The position numbers and the translations under genes are program-made. DNA of 53,231 nucleotides from Tubiluchus corallicola (lineage: Eukaryota > Animalia > Priapulida): assembly GCA_030141605.1 (NCBI GenBank), contig JAQGDQ010001236.1, positions 1 through 53,231 of the forward strand, written 5' to 3'. Shown here in pieces: positions 49,997-53,231 of the stretch. How positions within the stretch are numbered: position 1 is the first letter of the stretch; each line of letters starts with the position of its first letter. The notes beneath the pieces are model-generated. The model did no database searches. It saw nothing but the letters and a program-made list of their open reading frames with translations, and was not told where the DNA came from.

Positions 49997-51034
49997 CTTT
50001 TTTTATGTTCTTTGGTTTGATACAATTCTTTATGTTCTTTTGCCTTGTTCTTTCTTTATGTTCTTTGGCTTGACCCAAAGAACCAAAGGTCAAGCCTGAT
50101 TTTAAATTTCTGAACTTCTACACTTCGCTACACTAAAATGTGCTAAACTCGTTCGCTCAGTAATTCGCTCTCTCAAACAGAGCCCATTTTTACGTTTCGC
50201 TGCGTTTGAAGTTTTACGAAATTTTAAATAGGGCGGTCGTATTCTGCTTCGCAGAATTGGTAATTTATAATTGTCGTCTTTTCTCTTTTCTCTCTTATCT
50301 TTTCTCTCTTATCTTTTCTCTTATTAAATCTTTCGCTGTTTTTCTATCAAAAGCCTTTAAGGGCGGTCGTATTCTGCTATGCAGAATTTTAATTTTGCTG
50401 TTTTTCTCTTCTCTTTTCTCTTTTATCTTTTATCTTTTATCTTATTAAATCTTTTCTCTTTTGTTCTTTTTTTTATGTTCTTTGGTTTGATACAATTCTT
50501 TATGTTCTTTCTTTATGTTCTTTTCTTATGTTCTTTCTTTATGTTCTTTCTTTATGTTCTTTTCTTATGTTCTTTTCTTATGTTCTTTCTTTATGTTCTT
50601 TCTTTATGTTCTTTCTTTATGTTCTTTTGCCTTGATGCAAAAGAACCAAAAGATCAAGCCTGATTTTAAATTTCTGAACTTCTACACTTCGCTACACTAA
50701 AATGTGCTAAACTCGTTCGCTCAGTAATTCGCTCTCTCAAACAGAGCCCATTTTTACGTTTCGCTGCGTTTGAAGTTTTACGAAATTTTAAATAGGGCGG
50801 TCGTATTCTGCTTCGCAGAATTTTAATTTTGCTGTTTCTCTTCTCTCTTTTATCTTTTCTCTTTTATCTTTTATCTTTTATCTTTTTCTGTTAAAAGCCT
50901 TTAAGGGCGGTCGTATTCTGCTTCGCAGAATTTTAATTTTGCTGTTTCTCTTCTATCTGTTATCTTTTATCTTTTATCTTTTATCTTTTATCTTTTAAGG
51001 GCGTTTGTATTCTGCTATGCAGAATTAGTAATTA
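49997..51034 (+). repeat. Composite repeat block: two variant C elements, TTTATGTTCTTTC tandem run, hairpins
   Basis: Variant C bodies at ~50094-50233 and ~50658-50798 match 32867-33007. Confidence 0.9.
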
Positions 51035-53231
51035 CTACTTTTTCAATTGTTTTACTTCGTTAAGAAGTTTTTCTATTTGGGTCTGTTGTTTTTTTGCTTG
51101 TGTTTGTTGTTGCTCTATCTGTGTTTGTTGTTTTTCTATTTGTGTTTGTTGTTTTTTTGCTTGTGTTTGTTGTTGCTCTATCTGTGTTTGTTGTTTTTTT
51201 GCCTGTGTTTGTTGTTGCTCTATTTGGGTCTGTTGTTTTTTTGCCTGTGTTTGTTGTTGTTGTATTTGGGTTTGTTGTTTTTCTATTTGGGTCTGTTGTT
51301 TTTTTGCTTGTGTTTGTTGTTTTTCTATTTGGGTTTGTTGTTTTTCTATTTGGGTTTGTTGTTTTTCTATTTGGGTTTGTTGTTTTTCTATTTGGGTTTG
51401 TTGTTTTTCTATTTGTGTTTGTTGTTTTTCTATTTGTGTCTGTTGTTTTTTTGCCTGTGTTTGTTGTTTTTCTATTTGTGTCTGTTGTTTTTTTGCTTGG
51501 GTTTGTTGTTGCTCTATTTGTGTTTGTTGTTGTTCTGCTTGTGTTTGTTGTTGCTCTATTTGTGTTTGTTGTTTTTCTATTTGGGTCTGTTGTTTTTTTG
51601 CTTGTGTTTGTTGTTTTTTTGCCTGTGTTTGTTGTTTTTTTGCCTGTGTTTGTTGTTGTTGTATTTGGGTTTGTCTATTTGGGTCTGTTGTTTTTCTGCC
51701 TGTGTTTGTTGTTTTTCTATTTGTGTTTGTTGTTGTTCTATTTGGGTCGATAGTTCTTGTATGGCTTTTATCATAGGGGCTATGAGTTGGTCGTAGGCAA
51801 AGCTCATTTCTTGGTGGTTGATGTCGGGGTTGTTCACCTCTGTGTCCTTCACACCCGAAAACACCATAGGGTCTATGAGCTTGAGCATCTCTTGGGCTAC
51901 TATCCCCCTGTGCCAGCGTTTGCCTGCCTTGCTCCCCTTGGCGTGCTCCTTAGCATCGTATACGCGCTCGCCTTTCTCGTCTGTTTTGAATACTTCTCTT
52001 TCTTCTGCCTCTGCTGCTCCTTCTCTTTTTTCTTTTACTTTTTCTCTTATCCAATATTGGTCTCTATTGTTGCCTCTCCATTTGCGGGTTTTTATCTGCT
52101 TTACAAAGTCCAGTCCCAGCTCATTATCGGCTATGTCTATCTTATCTCGCTCGTCGGAACTTACCGTGCTGCCATTGCCTAGTTTCACAGTAGTATTAGA
52201 GTTCCCAAGCACCATAGTGTAGTCTGCTGATACATATGAATTGTATCCCAGTGCGGTGGAATGGATGCCACTGGCTGTTGCATTGTATCCCAGTGCGGAG
52301 GAAAAGCTTCCACTGGCTTCTGTATAGTATCCCAGTGCGGTGGAATAGGTGCCACTGGCTGTTGCATTGTATCCCAGTGCGGTGGAACCGCTGCCACTGG
52401 CTTCTGCAAATCGTCCCAGTGCGGTGGAATTGCTGTTACTGGCTTCTGCAAGTATCCCAGTGCGGTGGATGTGCAGGCTTTTGCACTTGGTCCCAGTGCG
52501 GTGGAAGAGTACCTAGTGGCATCTGCCAGTTCCCACTGCGGTGGACTGGTGGCCACTGGTTGTTGCTGCTCGTCCCAGTGCGGTGGAGTGGCTGCCACTG
52601 GCTGTTGCTTAGCGTCCCATGCGGTGGAAGAGTTGCCACTGGCTTGTGCTGGCGTCCCAGTGCGGTGGATAAGTGCACTTAGGCGTTGCTTCGTTTCCCA
52701 GTGCGGTGGAATCTTGGGCACTGGCTGTTGCTTGATATCCCAGTGCGGTGGAACTGGTACCACTTGATTCGGCACTATCTCCTATTTGCACCTGTTGGGT
52801 AGAACTACCCCTTGTAGCATCCCTCAACCCCTTACTGGTGGCTAAGGTGTTGCTGTCGTTAAGCGTGGGGCTGTCGCTTTTCACTACTCCTATCAGCTCC
52901 CCGTTGCTATTTACGGCAGGTATTTGTATGCGTGGGTCATTCGTGGAGCTTATCTCCAAATTGCCGCCCAGTGTGCCGTCGGTAGCTGCTGTGTAGTGGG
53001 TGCGTGTTGGTTTAGTAGACCCGTCTAAGTACAGCCTATCGCCTGCGGGTGTTTCTTTTAGCTTCAAGCTAATAGGCAGTGTTATGTTAGTAGCTCCTTC
53101 GTAGATAGCTATCTTACCCCCCACATAGCATATACCGGGTGCTACATCGTAGTTGCTAGCGTTGGGGCTTACTTCCATACCACTAAGTATACAGTCGTCG
53201 AGGTTGCCTAGTATGCCTTCCTCTAATGCTT
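51035..53231 (-). pseudogene. Tail fibre F4 (5' end off window): F1-identical N-domain, ~14 YadA-like repeats with frameshifts, S74-like chaperone, expanded coiled coil
   Basis: 52871-53231 is the reverse complement of 30715-31075; indels in ~52430-52690 and near 51675; same KLLNEVKQLKK end as F2. Confidence 0.8.
51068..51750 (-). repeat. 21-bp (heptad) tandem repeat, ~32 copies, encoding QIEKQQT/QAKKQQT coiled coil
   Basis: Units such as CAAATAGAAAAACAACAAACA read on the minus strand. Confidence 0.9.

Larger units (their letters stand above)
42330..53231. mobile_element. Second Mu-end-bounded element (partial): tail-fibre cassette cluster
   Basis: TATAATCGCCAAAACGAATTGTATA at 42330-42354 (20/25 to the prophage left end), then only fibre genes, phage-gene fragments and the prophage repeat family. 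Confidence 0.6.

Noticed and set aside
51047-51796. Very hydrophobic Leu/Phe/Cys/Val ORFs on the + strand
   Set aside because: Antisense shadows of the 21-bp coiled-coil repeat

Overview
Bacteroidota-type chromosome segment (AT-rich, TAnnTTTG promoters). 1-12540 holds ordinary host genes: UDP-glucuronate decarboxylase 5' end, galM, htpG, SDRs including fabG, an aminotransferase, a peroxiredoxin-like gene and pcm. 12581-40690 is a nearly complete Mu-like transposable prophage with a contractile tail, bounded by imperfect 25-bp inverted ends that start TATAA rather than TG. It carries a repressor, Ner/Cro, MuA- and MuB-like genes, two divergent late operons, lysis genes and a YadA-repeat/S74-chaperone tail fibre. 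Within it I see two candidate -1 frameshift signals (portal to MuF, and tail chaperone), an internally deleted MuF-toxin gene, a tRNA-like element and an apparent ~9.7-kb inversion bounded by 22-bp inverted repeats. After an orphan transposon-like end and a host GntR gene, another copy of the Mu-like end (42330) opens a region running off the window that holds four more tail-fibre genes or fragments. These are combinatorial mosaics of the same modules as the prophage fibre, joined at two recurring linkers, and one shares a 361-bp inverted copy of the prophage fibre's 5' region. The cassettes are separated by copies of a pseudoknot-plus-long-hairpin repeat (three covarying variants and a chimera) that also sits at prophage gene junctions. 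The best candidate for an undescribed system is this repeat-punctuated tail-fibre module library. No invertase or reverse transcriptase is visible in the window. All product calls come from motif recognition and synteny, not database searches.
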